Translations under genes and position numbers: made by a program
Source: the human T2T-CHM13v2.0 reference genome, Homo sapiens
Reading direction: 5' to 3' (one strand)
NCBI RefSeq assembly: GCF_009914755.1
Contig: NC_060926.1
DNA: 64,000 nucleotides
The notes under the pieces: model-generated
Database searches by the model: none
Told to the model about the DNA's origin: nothing
The model's input: the letters and a program-made list of their open reading frames with translations, nothing else
Shown here: positions 44,530 to 58,677 of the stretch, piece after piece
How positions within the stretch are numbered: the stretch's first letter is position 1
How the letters are laid out: each line of letters opens with the position of its first letter

Positions 44530-45003
44530 ATTATTGCTTTTTCCATTTACACTCTATGTGTTTTGAATGAGATGGAGTTGAACCCTGCTCTGTGAGTGGC
44601 CTTTTGACCAGGCTTAAGCAAACAGATTCCAAGGATTAATTTAGGGTTGAGTAGATGATCCAATCAGAGTTCTGAGGGTTAGATTCTAGGATTTTTCTTG
44701 GAACTGCTGAAGATAATATCCTTCTACCTGCCCCACTGGAGTTGCTCTTAGGATGATTTATAACCTGTGTAGTGTAGGCAGCTATCTTTCTACCTTGTAG
44801 GGGGAGCTAAGAATTTAACCAAGCCATAGCAATGTAGAAAATGTAATGGCACAAGCAAGAAAGCTTTTTTTGACATTGTTTTATTTTCTGTAGCTAGCCA
44901 GTCCTAAAAATACTCCTAGACATTCAAGTTATATGAGTCAATAAATGCACAGTTTTAATCAATTAATTTTGCTTGTTTTTTTTCTGTCATTTGCTACCAA
45001 ATT
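44530..45003 (+). mobile_element. Old MLT1 (MLT1K/L-like) LTR
   Basis: GACCAGGCTTAAGC...GATTCTAGGATTTTTCTTGGAACT...CAAGTTATATGAGTCAATAAAT...TTTCTGTCATTTGCTACCAA. Confidence 0.65.
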
Positions 45004-45328
45004 ACTTCCCGAATAGTTAATGTTAGTATCTACATTTTATCTAGTTAATGTTGGTATCTGGACAAATTTTGTATAGAAGATGCCTAAAATAAATATGAAG
45101 GCACACACAACTGAGAAGAAAATTTCCTACAAATTCATGATTTTATTTTTAGTGTTTTTTTCTATAATTCATTCCTACCCTTGTCTATGCCCAGTGAAAT
45201 GTGTTTGTTGAATATTCTTATGTGAATAGAAAGTTCATTAATGCCACTAATTAGACATGGCAAAATGATTCAAATACAAACCACTGTCCCAAAAAGTTGC
45301 ATTTAGAATAATTTTTTAAAAGAACATA

Positions 45329-45399
45329 ATAGGTCGATGCAAAATAATTGCTGTTTTGGCATTTTAATTGCAAAAACCACAATTTTTGGACCAACCTAA
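45329..45399. mobile_element. MADE1 (Hsmar1-derived MITE)
   Basis: Palindromic TAGGTCGATGCAAAATAATTGCTGTTTTGGCATTTTAATTGCAAAAACCACAATTTTTGGACCAACCTAA, flanked by TA on both sides. Confidence 0.85.
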
Positions 45400-45681
45400 T
45401 ATAAAGGTAATTATATAACAAATACTCCCTATGATCAAAAGATATTATGGAAGGTGACAAAAGCATTTTCTCTCAAAGAGGTATTGATACTTATGTGCAG
45501 ATTTGGGCCATCAGAGGGCCTGAGTTTTGACCTGCTTCATGACTTTGAGGAAAATCACTCAGCTTTCTGGCCAGCAGTATCATCTACAAAATAAGGGACC
45601 TGAATTAAACCACTTCTAAAACTGCCTGTCTCTTTAAAATGCTATATGCTCTCCCACATTGCTCACATTAGTTTCACTTTA

Positions 45682-45986
45682 TTATTTTTTATTGTTTTTA
45701 GACACAGGACTCACTCTGTTGCCCAGGCTGGAGTGCAGTGTTGTGATTATAGCTCACTGTAACCTTGAACTTCTGGGCTCAAGTGCTCCACCTGTGTCAA
45801 TATCCCAAGTAGCTAGGATTACAGGCATATGTCACCATGCCTGGCTAATTTTTATGTTTTTTATTTTAGCAGATATAGGGTGTTGCTATATTGCCAGGCT
45901 GGCCTCAAACTCCTGATCTCAAACGGTTTTCCTGCCTCTGTCCCCCAACTCACTGGGATTATAGGCATGAGCCACTGCACCCACCC
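45682..45986 (-). mobile_element. AluJ with 13-bp TSD
   Basis: J-type ATAGCTCACTGTAACCTTGAACTTCTGGGCTCAAG. TSD TAGTTTCACTTTA at 45669-45681 and 45987-45999. Confidence 0.92.
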
Positions 45987-46814
45987 TAGTTTCACTTTAA
46001 ATGGCATGTTTTCCTAAGTAAATGGAATATTACCTTTATATACTTATGTATGTCTGTAGTGTCTATAGAGTAAAATGTGTCCTTGATTTTACCTTTGGAG
46101 AAGTAATTCCATTCTTAAGCATGTGGAACCAAGTAAGGAAATCAAAGAATGACAAAGTGGCTTAATTTGTATAATCTCAACTTTGTCTCCTAAGAGAGTG
46201 GAGATAATACTGACCAATTCACTATGCATAATGTATCTCAACTCTGTGGCTCATGCTGACACACTCATAGTATTTATCTGAGGGAAGAAGAAAAAAAATA
46301 TTATGCAATGGGTTGATGCCCCAATAATCATATTCTCAAGTATTTCAAGTACTTAATTATAAGCTAAACACTGAAACCTTGCTATAGAGAGGTGACTTCC
46401 TCTGGGACCAATACAAATTTATATTGTTACTGAACAAACTGGAGAACTTTGAAAAGTGGATTACCAAGAAATTTCTTAAGAACTAATTTTCTATACTGGA
46501 TTAGTGAAGTTTCTTGTGGTTTATTAATTTGTATCCCCTTTAGAAATCTTTTTATTTATCTTATTACTTACCTTTGCTTGAAAAATCCTCACGAATCTTT
46601 GAGCTAAAAGAAAAATAAGAGGATTTTTCAAGGTTTCTTTGTTGCCTAATTCAATAAAAATTGGAGATAAGAAAATGCTATTAACATAGTTTTAAGGGTG
46701 TTTTTATTCTTGTACAAACTCAATGAGTATTAAAATATACACAAATTGTTAAAAGATTTAGATAAATATAGGAGCAAATTATCCTTATAAACATGAAGCC
46801 TGATGAAATAAACA

Positions 46815-47350
46815 TGACTAATTTATATTTATTTGTTTCAAAAAGGAGTTGAAGTGGCTTACAATATGTGTAGGGAAAACGGCTAAAGCAAATAGCTGAG
46901 AAATTAAGTAAAGGAAAAATAAGAATAGGAAGATAACAAAAGCAGGGATTCATAGAACACAGGCAGAAATGCACATCAGAGGCCCTACTAGTTACTAGAA
47001 ATATGCCACATTCAGCTCTAATTCACTCAAAGCCAGAAAAAAGTGAGGATCATGATCCAGTAGAAGATTCATCATGTTGGTAAGATAAATATAAACCTAC
47101 TGTTACTCAGAAGACAGGTGTTTCTGAAACTGAGACTTGAATAATAGTTCTCCTATGAAATCTTATGGGCAATACATGATATTAAAAGACACTTTGATAT
47201 TAGAGACAACATCCTTCATTTGAAGCATCATAATTAAGCCACAATACATTTGATAAAAGTTCTAAAAATAATATATCTTTGAGTTGATTGATGGTATAAA
47301 GTGGAGTTCAGTAAGAGTAATCCTGTGAAGCCAATATAGTGTAGCTCATT
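46815..47350. mobile_element. Ancient mammalian repeat (MamRep605-like)
   Basis: TTTCAAAAAGGAGTTGAAGTGGCTTACAA...AAATGCACATCAGAGGCCCTACTAGTTACTAGA resembles MamRep605 as recalled. Confidence 0.5.
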
Positions 47351-48657
47351 TGTATTGATATATCATCAAGCTATTAAACACCATACATTAACTATTATTA
47401 TGGTGATATTTTTGGAGAATGATATATATTTCATGTTATAGACAATAAGCTAAATGACAGTCTACATTTTTAGTTATAGTGCATAAACTTTCATTTGTAC
47501 CAGAGTGAGCTGGGTGCTATCTGGTATACAGTTAATTTCATAAAACACAAAGCATGCCAATTATCTGTTAGGTAGTTGGTTGTAACGATGAAAACTCCTG
47601 GCTGCTTGTCTCATGAGGTCAAGTTCTACTACTGTGCAGAAAGCACTCAGGATTACTGATACAGGCTGATGGGCCATTTTGTGTCCCCTACCCATCAGTA
47701 GCCCTCTTTAGAAGTAGATAAACAGGTAGTCTACAAAACAATCTAGAAGATACTTTACTCCATAGTGCTCTGCTCATAAGAGCTGCATTAGCTTTATTAA
47801 CTGTGACTTAAATCATACATACACACACACATACACATGCAATCTAATAACCATCAATCTCTTTGAAAGTTCAATTTAAATAAAAATGGAGACATGAACT
47901 TTTTTCTAAAAATGTAAATTAATCCAAGTATACCGTGAGGGAGGAATACAGTATTGCTTATAAGCTTCACGTAGGTGAAAAGCAGAAAATATCAGAAGTG
48001 ATGAAATATGATGGCTGGTCTATGAGTTCATCTCAATGGAATTGAAAGCTTAGAAGGGGTTAAAAAAGTGAGCTGACAATATTTGCAGTGGCAATCTTGA
48101 TTTGGGTTTGGCAATTTTGAATATTTTTGGGTGATTGGTTGTCTATAGTTGTGTTTCTTGCTATATGATCTCTATTTTAAAAAGTTTTTTGTAATTAACA
48201 TATATTAATTTCACAATTAGGAACACTAATAATGACTGTGACTTCAAATTGCCCAACCTGAAAAATTTTAATAACAGGATCAGATTTAGTGATGTCATTA
48301 ATAAACTTATGGTTGTTTCTGGAAATTTTAGCTAGAATGATATAGAATTAGAATATCTTTACCTCAGGGAAAGCCTGTGATTTTTATAGTAAAGAAGTAA
48401 AAGAAAGCATTTCCATTTCTCATATGAGATAAGTGCACTACAAGTCTTACTACTGTTCATTAATCTCTTTTTGAATCTTTTATACTATGTCAGAGTAGAA
48501 GGAATTCATGATTGGTTGGTGAGCAGTGTTAAACTGATGAGAAGTAGAACCCTGGAAAATGGGTAGAATTGAAAACGTTTCTTTCCCACGACCCCCTTCA
48601 CCTTTGGAAACCCTATCTTTCAAACTCTATTTCTATTTTGGCACATTCTAGCTTCCT

Positions 48658-49272
48658 TGTGGTGGTTTATTTGGGGATGTCAACTTGACTGGATAAAGGG
48701 ATAGCTGGTAAAGCACTATTCATTCTCAGTGCTTCAGTAGGCACTGAGCTTGTCCCTCTGCTGAAAGAGAAACCCAGGTGGCTTTGATTTTGATTAAAGA
48801 TTGGGCTGACCCAGGTGTCTGTGGGGATACTTCCAGAGATTTCCATGTGAGTGGGTGGGTTGAGGGAGAAGATATGCCTTCAAATGAGTGGGCAATAGCC
48901 CAGACAAAACAAAAAGGCAAAGGAGGGAGAATTTTATTTTTTTCTCTCCCAGAGATGAGAAGTCCTTCCTCTGCCCTTGGACATCAGAATTCCAGACTTT
49001 CTGGCCTTTGGACTCAGAACTTGGCATCAGCAATCCCTGGGGCTCTTGGGACTTTGGCTTCAGACTGAGAATTATTCCATCAATTTCCTTGGTTCTGAGG
49101 CTTTGGGACTTGGCCTGAGCCAGCTACCAGCTTTCCTCGTTCTCCAGCTTGCAAACAGCCTATCATGAGACTTCTCAGCCTCCATGATCACATTAGCCAG
49201 TTCCCCTACTAAACTTCTTTTTATCTGTATATCCTGTAGGTTCTGTTTCTCTTGAGAACCCTTGCTAAAACC
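48658..49272 (+). mobile_element. MLT2B-like (ERVL) solo LTR
   Basis: TGTGGTGGTTTATTT...TGTCAACTTGACTGGATAAAGGGATAGCTGGTAAAGCA...ATATCCTGTAGGTTCTGTTTCTCTTGAGAACCCT. Confidence 0.85.
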
Positions 49273-52200
49273 CTGAAATAACCTAAGTAGAGATAATAAT
49301 TTTACTCCATTAGTTCTGAGGATGGTGTTGCAAGATGGTGCCCACCCCAACTATCTGTTTCTATTTTGACATCACAAGGGGGATGAAACATGAACAATCA
49401 ACAAGTATTCTTAACCAAGTCATGGCAGTTCTATAAAAGAATTTAACATGATTATACTGACCAATAAATATGAAGTTTGCATTTTAATTTTGTGTAATTA
49501 AAATCTAGCTAAGTTGTTAAAACAATTTACGTGAGGTGAAAGTTTGTTTTTTTTTGTATTTATTTTTCTGAGTTTGACTAATCACAATCTTTGAAATTTA
49601 TTTCTTCTTCTTTTTTTGTTGTTTTTTAAGCATGAAATGAAGCAGCAGGTGTATTTTTCTCAGAAAGCTCATCATCTAATCGGTCAATCTGTCTGATTAT
49701 AATCGGTACTTATTATTTTTGAGGGAGAGGTAGGTGTAACAAAACTTAACATAAAATCTTTCAGTGATTTTAGTTATACATTTGGATTGCCTGCAAGTCT
49801 TTAGGAGGAAATCTTTGGATACTTAAATGTGGGATGGGAATTGAGAGGCTTCTTACCATACTGGATTCCTCTTGGCCCAAGGCTGTTTACTCACTTAGCA
49901 AAATTTATTACACATCCTAGGCTTCTAACTTACAAGGAATATGAGAATGCTTTATGTAAAAGAAAATGAATTTTAAAAAATTAAGAAACTCTTCATGTTT
50001 TTATTTAAAATTTCCATTCTATAAATAAGCAATATTCTATAATTATATAGCCATAGTTTATAACTTATTGCTGACCAAGTTGGATATAATCTATTCATTC
50101 ACAGCTCTCAGATTTGATGCTTGAGACAGAAAAAAAATGTGTGGCAAATAGTTACTTATTCTATGTAGTATCATATATCTAAGGGGAAAATCTTTACACT
50201 ATTAGAGGTATTTTTCAAAGCCTCACATCAATTTACATCACTAATGGCTTTTATTTCTGGCTGTGTTTAATTCATTGGTAATATAAGCTTGGGGGAATTT
50301 ACCTATACTTTGGGCAGGACTTTGAACATCCACAGGAATGAGGTGGGGATGCAAAGGAATCTCATGTAGATCTTATAGAGCAAACTAACCTCACCAGAAA
50401 TCTGAGTTACATAAAAACAGCTGATTTGGAAAACAAGAAATCTCTAATGCCCACCAGAATTCACATCAAGACCATTTTTGACTTGTATTAAATCATCCTA
50501 TCTTTTTCTATCCCCATGCTTAGTGGTTTATGAAATGGCTTTACTTTTAAGTAATTGTCTTTAATACCTAAGAATTACTACTGTGAAATTGTCTTACACT
50601 GAATTCCTTGTAGTTAATTCTGAACCATCCTACTATCGGCACTCTTGTATTTATGTTTTTACCTCTTAAGAAAGCATTTTATTTTCTGCAGGATCACAGA
50701 TATTCAATAAGTTGACATGCATTGAATTCTTAGTGTTCAGGCTACTGCTGCAGAGGGAATTGTAATAAAACTAGGATACTTGGTTCTTTAAAAATCTCAT
50801 TATATGGTAGGGATGATGGGGCCAAAACAACTGGGAAACATAAACCATTTGTAAGGATAATGGACAGAAACATATGACACTCAGGAGGTTACATTCTCAG
50901 CCATCCTATTAACTAGAGATGTAACATGAAACAAGTCAATACACTCTTTTTCTGAGTTTCCTCATCTGAAAGATAAAAATATTACTTCCATGGTTCCTTT
51001 TGTCTCTGCAAATTGTACGCTTTTGTTGTAATTATTATTTCTTCATGTTTTCTGACATGAACAATAATTGTACATACCTGTGATTTCAGAATAACATTCT
51101 TAAAAGTATAGAAGAAACACTTAAGCTTTAAATGTTCTAATTTATTTTTCTAAATAATATTAACCTCAAAATATAAATAATACATGTTCATGTAGAAAAC
51201 TTTGATAATATATTAACATATAAAGACAAAATTCAGATTCTCCCATAAGCCATCCACACCTACAGAAGCACTGAAAAACTATAGTATACCTATGTAATAA
51301 ATATTATTTTTAGACCTGGGTATGCTGCATTTTATGACTTTAGTTTATATTTCAGGTATTTTAGCCAAAATGTTGTCCTTATATTTGAATCAAGGCCTTG
51401 AGAAAGTTCTATGAATTTAAAAATTCAGTGACTATGTCCTAGAAAGTAATACAAATGATGTTGTAAAAAATAAACCAGAGTCAGCAGATACCTCAGATAG
51501 CCACAATAATTACATCAGGGGAGAGTAATATAGAATGTTATTAGCCATTACATTCATTTATAAACAAAACAGAATGAAAGCGATGGAGAGGAGAGGTAAG
51601 GTAATGTCCTCAAACAATAGTGTTCTCGGAATTAAGTGGACTTCTTGATGCCCTGGGATCCTGGACCTATTTTCCTGCATGCTTTTAAGGAAGGTGCACA
51701 TTTATAACCTAGATTATGTTACACACTCAACAAAAGAAGTTCTTGAAAAAAACTCAGACTGAAAGAATAATAGGCTCTAGGAGAATTTTAAGGTTGCTAA
51801 TAAGCAAAGTTAGCAGAATTTCTTGATCAGTTTTCAGATGTATTAGTTTTAGACCACATGTGCGAAAAATATTCATCTTGCTTAGACCAAAGATAATTTT
51901 AAGTGGCTATTATTATTAATCATGAGCAAACATGTGGAAATAAGAAAATCCAAGTGGCAACATAATCTTTGCTTGTATGTTATGCATCTGAGTTCCTTGC
52001 CATCAGTTTCAGACTCTGTTGTCATGGGAAGTATGCTAAAAGTGTAGTGTTGGTTTTATTGCAGTTTGAAGAAAAATTTTAAAGGAGACCATTGCTATGT
52101 CAGACAAGGACAAGGTTCCATGGAGACAGTTATCAGTAAATCTGGATGCTCTCAGAATTGCACATCAGCCCCTGGATGTGGGAAGGGAATGGAGGAGCAA

Positions 52201-53239
52201 CTGTTTTTCTCTGTTTTACCCAATAGTCTTTACTACTTGAAAGAGGAGCCCATATGCAGGAAGTAACTAAGTGCCTCTTGTCTCAAGTGAGTAAAGGGAC
52301 CTATAGGAAAGAAGAAGGAGGTTGAGAGAGTCCTGAATAGGAATTATTTAAAAGATTTCTAGAATTAAAAGTAATACACTCTGAATCTTCCCAGATATTA
52401 TTTTTGACCACACCTAATTTACATCTTCAACAATATTTGTAATTGTGTATTCTCTCATTTTTTCCTCTCTGATAGTACCTATCAAAGATTTAGCTCTTAT
52501 ATAGGTATCCTGCACCCTCTCCAAAAAGGGGTAGCATTTGGTTTTATTAATTTATCTTTTCTTCAATTTTATTTATTTATTTATGTTTATTACTATTTTT
52601 TCTTTCACTTCCTTTGAGGCAATTTTTCTTTTTTTAAGATTTTTATTTAACAGCATAATTTTATTAAAATTCTCTAATAAATATATTGAAGACTATAAAA
52701 TGTATTCTGAATGCTTTAGATAGATTTTCATACATAGTTAATTCTGTACTAAATTAATTGTCATTATATTTCTGTTTCTTCATTATCATCAAATTTATTT
52801 GAATATTTAGCTGATTTCTAAATGCAAAATTCTAGAGTCAAGGGGGCTGCCTTTTGATTTTTCTATGCTAATTTTACTGCATTGCATTCAGTGAATATGG
52901 CCAGTATGATAGGAGCTACTTAGAATTTGTCGAGATTTATTCTGTCTTCCAATGCTTGATCAATATTGTTGTTATGCTATATATATTATAAGAGAAAATG
53001 TTAGGAAGAAAACAAAGGACATCATTTCACACATTAAAGATCAAGCGTATTAATTATGATAATCAAAACCTATCACATTTTTGTACTACTATTTTGGGTT
53101 TTAATTTATGTATTTAATCAATTTGCCACCAAATATTTATTGAGCATCTACTGTGTTCTGGGTACTGTTCTGCCTTGCTTTCCTCCTTCCTTATTTGCTT
53201 ATTTACTTTCCTGTCTTTCAGCTTCCTTTTTTCACAGTG

Positions 53240-54299
53240 GGTTTGCTAGTCTCACATAGTAAATCCATTTTAACATGACCACCTTCCTGGGTCTTCTGAT
53301 GCCTTTCTCATTGCCCTGCCAAAACCTGATTTGATGAGGGACATATTTGTGTCTAAGTTTGAAACAGCTATCCTGAAAGTATACTAGGACTGAGTGCATA
53401 CCACTTCATCAAGCTATTGTATCCTGAGTTACAGGGGTGAGCCCTCATATCAACAAAATGTTTCCTACTGAGTATTTAATCTGTGCCTCTGCTGTAACCC
53501 TGAAGACCTACACGTATATGTGTTACTCTAGGCCCCACTGAAATATATTAGTAAGATACTGTAGATCTTTGTTTTGGTAAATCATCTATTTTCTTTTTCA
53601 TATCAGGGCTTTGCTATGCCAAGCTATGTTAACTGAGTGAGCTATGCTGAGCCATGTCTCTGATTATTGATCTAGACCATAAGAGAAGGAAGGGGAGTAT
53701 ATTAAGGAGGATAAGCATCATTTTATGAGGCATTTGCCTGAAGTGTGGCTTTTGTGATGTCTTTGCAACAGTAGACACAGTACTATAGAAAGGTGGCTGC
53801 TTCTGCTGGCCTAGGGTTTTCAGAGGAATCTGAAGATTTAAGTTTCTCAGGCATGTGCACCCAAATATCATCATTCTAGATTTTGGATTCCAACTCTTTC
53901 CCAAGCAGGGCCCTGATTTTAGCGTAGGAGAGTTTCTGGGGTGTGTACTCAATCTCTTTTGTAGCTTTACCACTCTGGGAATCAAATCCTATACCTGCTT
54001 AGTAAAACTGCCTTATTATTACAGGAGATTAGGGCTCTTTAAATATTGGCATTGAGGTTTTCTGGTTTTCAGCAACAAGCCCTAGGTCTGGAGTTGGCTA
54101 ACATGAGCCTATTATTCTCTTATTCAAGGATTCTAAGGTAGCTACCTAAAACAGCTAATTCCACAATCCTTTTAATGACTTTTGCTTCCATATTTTTAAG
54201 CCACCTGTACTTCACTCCAATCCACAACCACTGAAAGTCTTAGTAATTATGATGTCACAGCACACCAGGAGTTATTAGTATACCAATTCTCATAACAAC
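53240..54299 (-). mobile_element. ERVL-class internal fragment (ERV3-16A3-int-like) attached to LTR16
   Basis: Directly downstream of LTR16 on the minus strand, starting GTTGTTATGAGAATTGGTA (PBS-like); degenerate gag-like sequence. Confidence 0.5.
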
Positions 54300-54800
54300 T
54301 GTTTTGGTTTGGGTTCCCCTAAAAGCAGACCCTAAGAAAAGGACTTAGGTGCTGGTATTTTATCTGGGGTGTGATCCCAGGAACCACACAGTGTGTGGGG
54401 AAAGTCAACAGGGCAAGAGAAGAAGCCAATTAAAGGATGTGTTAACAAGCAGGTTACCACTTTGTGCAACTGGGGCTCAATCTTACCAGGAAACCTATGA
54501 GGTACCTCACAAGCATCCCACCAAAGAAATGGGAAGTTGGGGATATTTATCCATCAAATTCAGTTCCTCATTGTTTAAGGGTTGCACCTGGGAATATGGA
54601 ATTCTCAGATCTTTGGGGCATTCCTGGATACAAACTGAGCACACTCCAGTGGTGCTGGAGAAAACCTTTAGGAACAGAAGGAGAAAGCTCAGGCACTTGA
54701 TATGGTAAGAAATCGTGTTGGGAACTGTCCACTTCAGCTTCAGGCAAACTTAGACATGGATTAAAATGGCAGGAAATGGAAGCATCAAGTGTCTGCTCCA
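54300..54800 (-). mobile_element. LTR16 (LTR16C/E-like, ERVL) LTR
   Basis: GGGTTCCCCTAAAAGCAGACCCTAAGA...GTGATCCCAGGAA...GAAGCCAATTAAAGG...GCAGGTTACCACTTTGTGCAACTGGGGCTCAATC. Confidence 0.8.
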
Positions 54801-55297
54801 GTATGTCACTGTGTTTTTAATATACTTCTAGTATATAGCAAATAGATGATTTTTTTTTTGCTTTTTAAGTATACCCATATGTATCCTGTTTGCTTCAGAT
54901 TGATTTTTGTACTCATTTCTTCCCAGAGTTAGAAGTTATGCAATCTCTCTTTTTCTCTAGATGTTTTCAAGTTATATTTCTCATCTAGTTTTTTAGTGCT
55001 TGAACTTAAATGGTTAACTTAATTAGCCTTTATTCCTCAACAATATTTTGAATAATCTAGTATTCACTCTCTTCTGCAAATATGTACTCTATGTTCATGT
55101 GAAATTTTATTTACAAATTGATGTTAAGAATTAGTAATCAAAATATGTGATAATATTTTACTAATTTATTTGGTCACCTGTGCATTTGACACTTTCTCTT
55201 GCATTCATTTTTTTCACTTGATGGGCTATGTATGAATCGTAAATGTTTACATACCTAAAATATCTTAATTTGCTATATCCCTTGAATGTCTTTTTGG

Positions 55298-55535
55298 CTA
55301 AGTATTATGTACTATTCATAATTATATATGCTATACTTTTATAAAACAGGCAGTGCAGTAGGTTTGTTTACACCAGCATCACCACAAACGTGAGTAATGC
55401 ATTGTGTTATGAGGTTACAATGGCTGTGACTTCAGTAGGTGATAGGAATTTTTCAGCTCCACTATAATCTTATGGAACCACCATATATAAGCTGTCTGTC
55501 ATGGATGGAAACATCCTCATGTGGTGCATCACTAC
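55298..55535 (-). mobile_element. Tigger3 (Golem) family terminal fragment
   Basis: GGCAGTGCAGTAGGTTTGTTTACACCAGCATCACCACAAAC...GATAGGAATTTTTCAGCTCCACTATAATCTTATGGAACCACC. Confidence 0.8.
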
Positions 55536-55683
55536 GTAACTATGAATTTTTTTGTTCCATCTCCTATATTAATTTTTTTTCCTCCACAGGTACTAGTTCT
55601 GCTTCTTGAATCTGCTTGTTTCTCCTTAATGGCCCTAAGTTTCTGCATATATTTGCTGATATTTTTATTTAGAGCTCACACTT

Positions 55684-57998
55684 TGATATGGTTTGGTACT
55701 GCGTCCGCATCCAAATTACATCTCAAATTGTAATCCCCATGTGTCGAGGGAGGGATATGGTGGGAGGTGATTGGATCATGGAGGCGGTTTTCCTCACACT
55801 GTTTTCATGATAGTGAGGGACTTCCCACAAGAACAGATGGTTTTCAAAGGGGCAGTTTTCCATTTACGCCATGTCTCTGTCTCCTGCTGCCATGTAAGAC
55901 ATGCCTTGCTTCACCTTCACCTTCTGCCATGATCATAAGTTTCCTGAGGCCTCCCAGCCTTGCAGAACTGTGAGGTAATTAAATCTCTTACGTTTATGAA
56001 TTATCAGTCTCAGGTATAATCTTTATAGGAATGTGAGAATTAATTAATACAGAGAATTGGTACTGATAGAGTAGGGCACTGCTATATAGATAACCTGAAA
56101 ATGCACAAGTGACTTTAGAACTGGATTAACAGGAAGAGTTTGGAACAGTTTGAAGGGCTCAGAAGAAGAAAGGAAGATGAGGGAAGATGAGAGAAAGTTT
56201 GTAATTTCCTAGAGACTGTTGAATGGTTTTGACCAAAATGCTGATTGTAATATGGACAATGAATTCCAGGCTGAGGTGGTCTCAAATGGAGATGAGGAAC
56301 TTATTGAGAGCTGGAACAAAGGTCACTCCTGCTATGCTTTATCAAAAGATTGGCAGCATTGTGGCCCTGCCTGAGAGATCTTTGGAACTTTGAACTTGAG
56401 AGAGATGATTTAGAGTATCTAAAAGAAATTTATAAGCGGCAAAACACTCAAGATGTGACCTGGCTTTTCCTGAAAGAATATAGTTACATGTGTTCACAAA
56501 AAGATGATTTGAAATTGGAACTTATGTTTAACAGGGAAGCAGAGCATAAAAGTTTAAAAAATTTGCAGCCTGACCATTTGGTAGAAAAGAAAACCTCATT
56601 TTCTGGGGAAAAATACAAGCCCACTGCAGAAGTTTTCATAAGTAGTGAGGAGATGAATGTCAACAGCCAAGACAATGGAGAAAATGTATCCATCACATGT
56701 CAGAGATCTTCGTGGCAGCCCCTCCCATCACAGGCCCGGAAGCCTAGAAGGGAAGCAATGGTTTCGTGTGCTGGGACCAGGGCCCTACTCTTCTGTGCAG
56801 CCTCAGAACTTGATGCCCTGCATCCCAGCCACTCCAGCTCCAGCCATGGCTAAAAGGGGCCAAGGTGCAGCTCAGGCTGTGAGCTCAAACAGTGCGAGCC
56901 TCGTCTTGGCAACTTCTACATACTGTTGTGCCTGCAGGTTGGGAGCCTCTGACTAGATTTCAGAGGTTGTATGGAAATGCCTGGATGTTCAGGCAGAAGT
57001 CTGCTACAGAGTCAGAGCCCTCATGGAGAATCTCTGCTAGGGCAGTGTGGAAGGGAAATGTGGGGTTGGAGTTGGAGTCCCCACACAGAACCCCCACTGG
57101 GGCACACTGCCTAGTGGAGCTGTGAGAAGAGGGCCGCTGTCCTCCAGATCCCAGAATGGTAGATCCACTGACAGCTTGCACCAGCTGCCTGGAAAAGCCA
57201 CAGGCACTCAAAGACAGCCCGTGAAAGCAGCCAAAGGGGCTGTACCCTGCAGAGCCACAGTGGTGAAGCTGCCCAGGGTCTTGAGAGCCAACCTCTTGCA
57301 TCAACATGCCCTGGATGTGAGACATAGAGTTGAAGGAGATTTTGGAGCTTTAAGATTTAATGACTGCCTGACTAGGTTTTGGACTTGAATGGGGCCTGTG
57401 GCTCCTTTGTTTTAGCCAATTTATCCCATTTGGAATAGGAACTTTTGCCCAATGCCTGTAACCCCATTGTATCTTGGAAGTAACTAACTTGTTTGTGATT
57501 TTACAGGCTTATAGGTGGAAGGGACTTGCCTTGTCTCAGATGGGACTTTGGATTTGGACTTTTGGGTTAATGTTGGAATGAGTTTAGGGGACTGTTTGGG
57601 AAGGCATGGTTGGTTTTGAAATTTGAAAAGGACATGAGATTTGGGAAGGGCCAGGGAAGAATCATATGATTTGGCTCTGTGTCCCTACCCAATTCTCATC
57701 TTAAATTGTAATCCCCGTGTGTTGAGGGAGGGACCTAGCGGGAAATGATTGGATAATGAGGGATCATGATAGTGAGGGAGTTCTCACAAGATCTGATGGT
57801 TTTCAAACTGGCAATTTTCCCTGTGCATGTTCTGTCTCCTGTTGCCAGGTAAGACATACCTTGCTTCCCATTCACCTTCTGCCATGATTGTAAGTTTCCT
57901 GAGGCCTCCCCAGCCATGTAGAACTGTAAGTTAAACCTCTTTTGTTTATGTATTATCCAGTCTCAGGTAGTATAGCAGTGTGAGAATGAACTAATACA
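55684..57998 (+). mobile_element. Complete THE1D/MSTA-type MaLR provirus (LTR 55684-56051, internal region, LTR 57662-57998)
   Basis: Two direct LTRs (TGATATGGTTTGG...TAATACA), an ~1.6-kb internal region (LWPCLRDLWNFELERDDL in ORF 56350..56853) and a polypurine tract before the 3' LTR. TSD CACTT at 55679-55683 and 57999-58003. Confidence 0.93.
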
Positions 57999-58469
57999 CA
58001 CTTATATTTAAGATTTCTTATTTGATTTTACCTTGTATCTTTGCCACTGTTGTTTGTGAGGATAAATACAGTAGACTACAGTGGCCTTTAATGCTGCATT
58101 TCTTAAATGAGAATGAAAGGTCTGTAGACGATTTGTGTAGCTTTGCTTCTGTTACCCAAGCTCCTGTCTCCACTGCTGTGCTTTAAGGCAGACAATCAAT
58201 TACTTGGCAAATTGGCCCAAAGAGAGAGGGGATATGATAAAAGACAACCACCTGTCTACTCATCCCTGTACCTCAATAGTCATGTGGAGGATACTCCTGG
58301 ATTACTTTCCTGTGCTTGGTATATACCATCTCTAGAGTAAAACACTTTAGTTGAATACCACCTTTAATATTAGTCCTTTCTCCCTGCCCTCTATGAAGTT
58401 CTGTAAATAGTTCCTTTCATAATTTTTCCAATCTTATTTTCTCTTTTCTTTGAAGAATCATTTATTTTT

Positions 58470-58677
58470 ATTGCCAGATTTAGTAAATAAAATAGTCTAA
58501 ACATTAAAAACTTACTAAATGTGCTAAATACACTAAATATTAAATGCTAAAAATAATGTTTTGGTTACAAGCATATCCTAAATATTGCATAGAGCCTACT
58601 TATACCAAAAAGACATTTGTTTTTTTATCGGAAATTCAAATTTAACTGGGCATCCTGTACTTTATCTGGCAACCGTA
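58470..58677. mobile_element. MER53 palindromic DNA-transposon MITE
   Basis: TTGCCAGATTTAGTAAATAAAA...GAAATTCAAATTTAACTGGGCATCCTGTACTTTATCTGGCAACC. Confidence 0.8.

Noticed and set aside
45329-45399. Hairpin as a possible pre-miRNA
   Set aside because: Explained by the MADE1 palindrome. Some MADE1 copies give miR-548, but this one is degenerate and nothing in the sequence shows expression. The same applies to MER53 at 58470-58677.
56350-57388. 100-167-aa ORFs as host genes
   Set aside because: They lie in the THE1/MST internal region and are decayed MaLR sequence.
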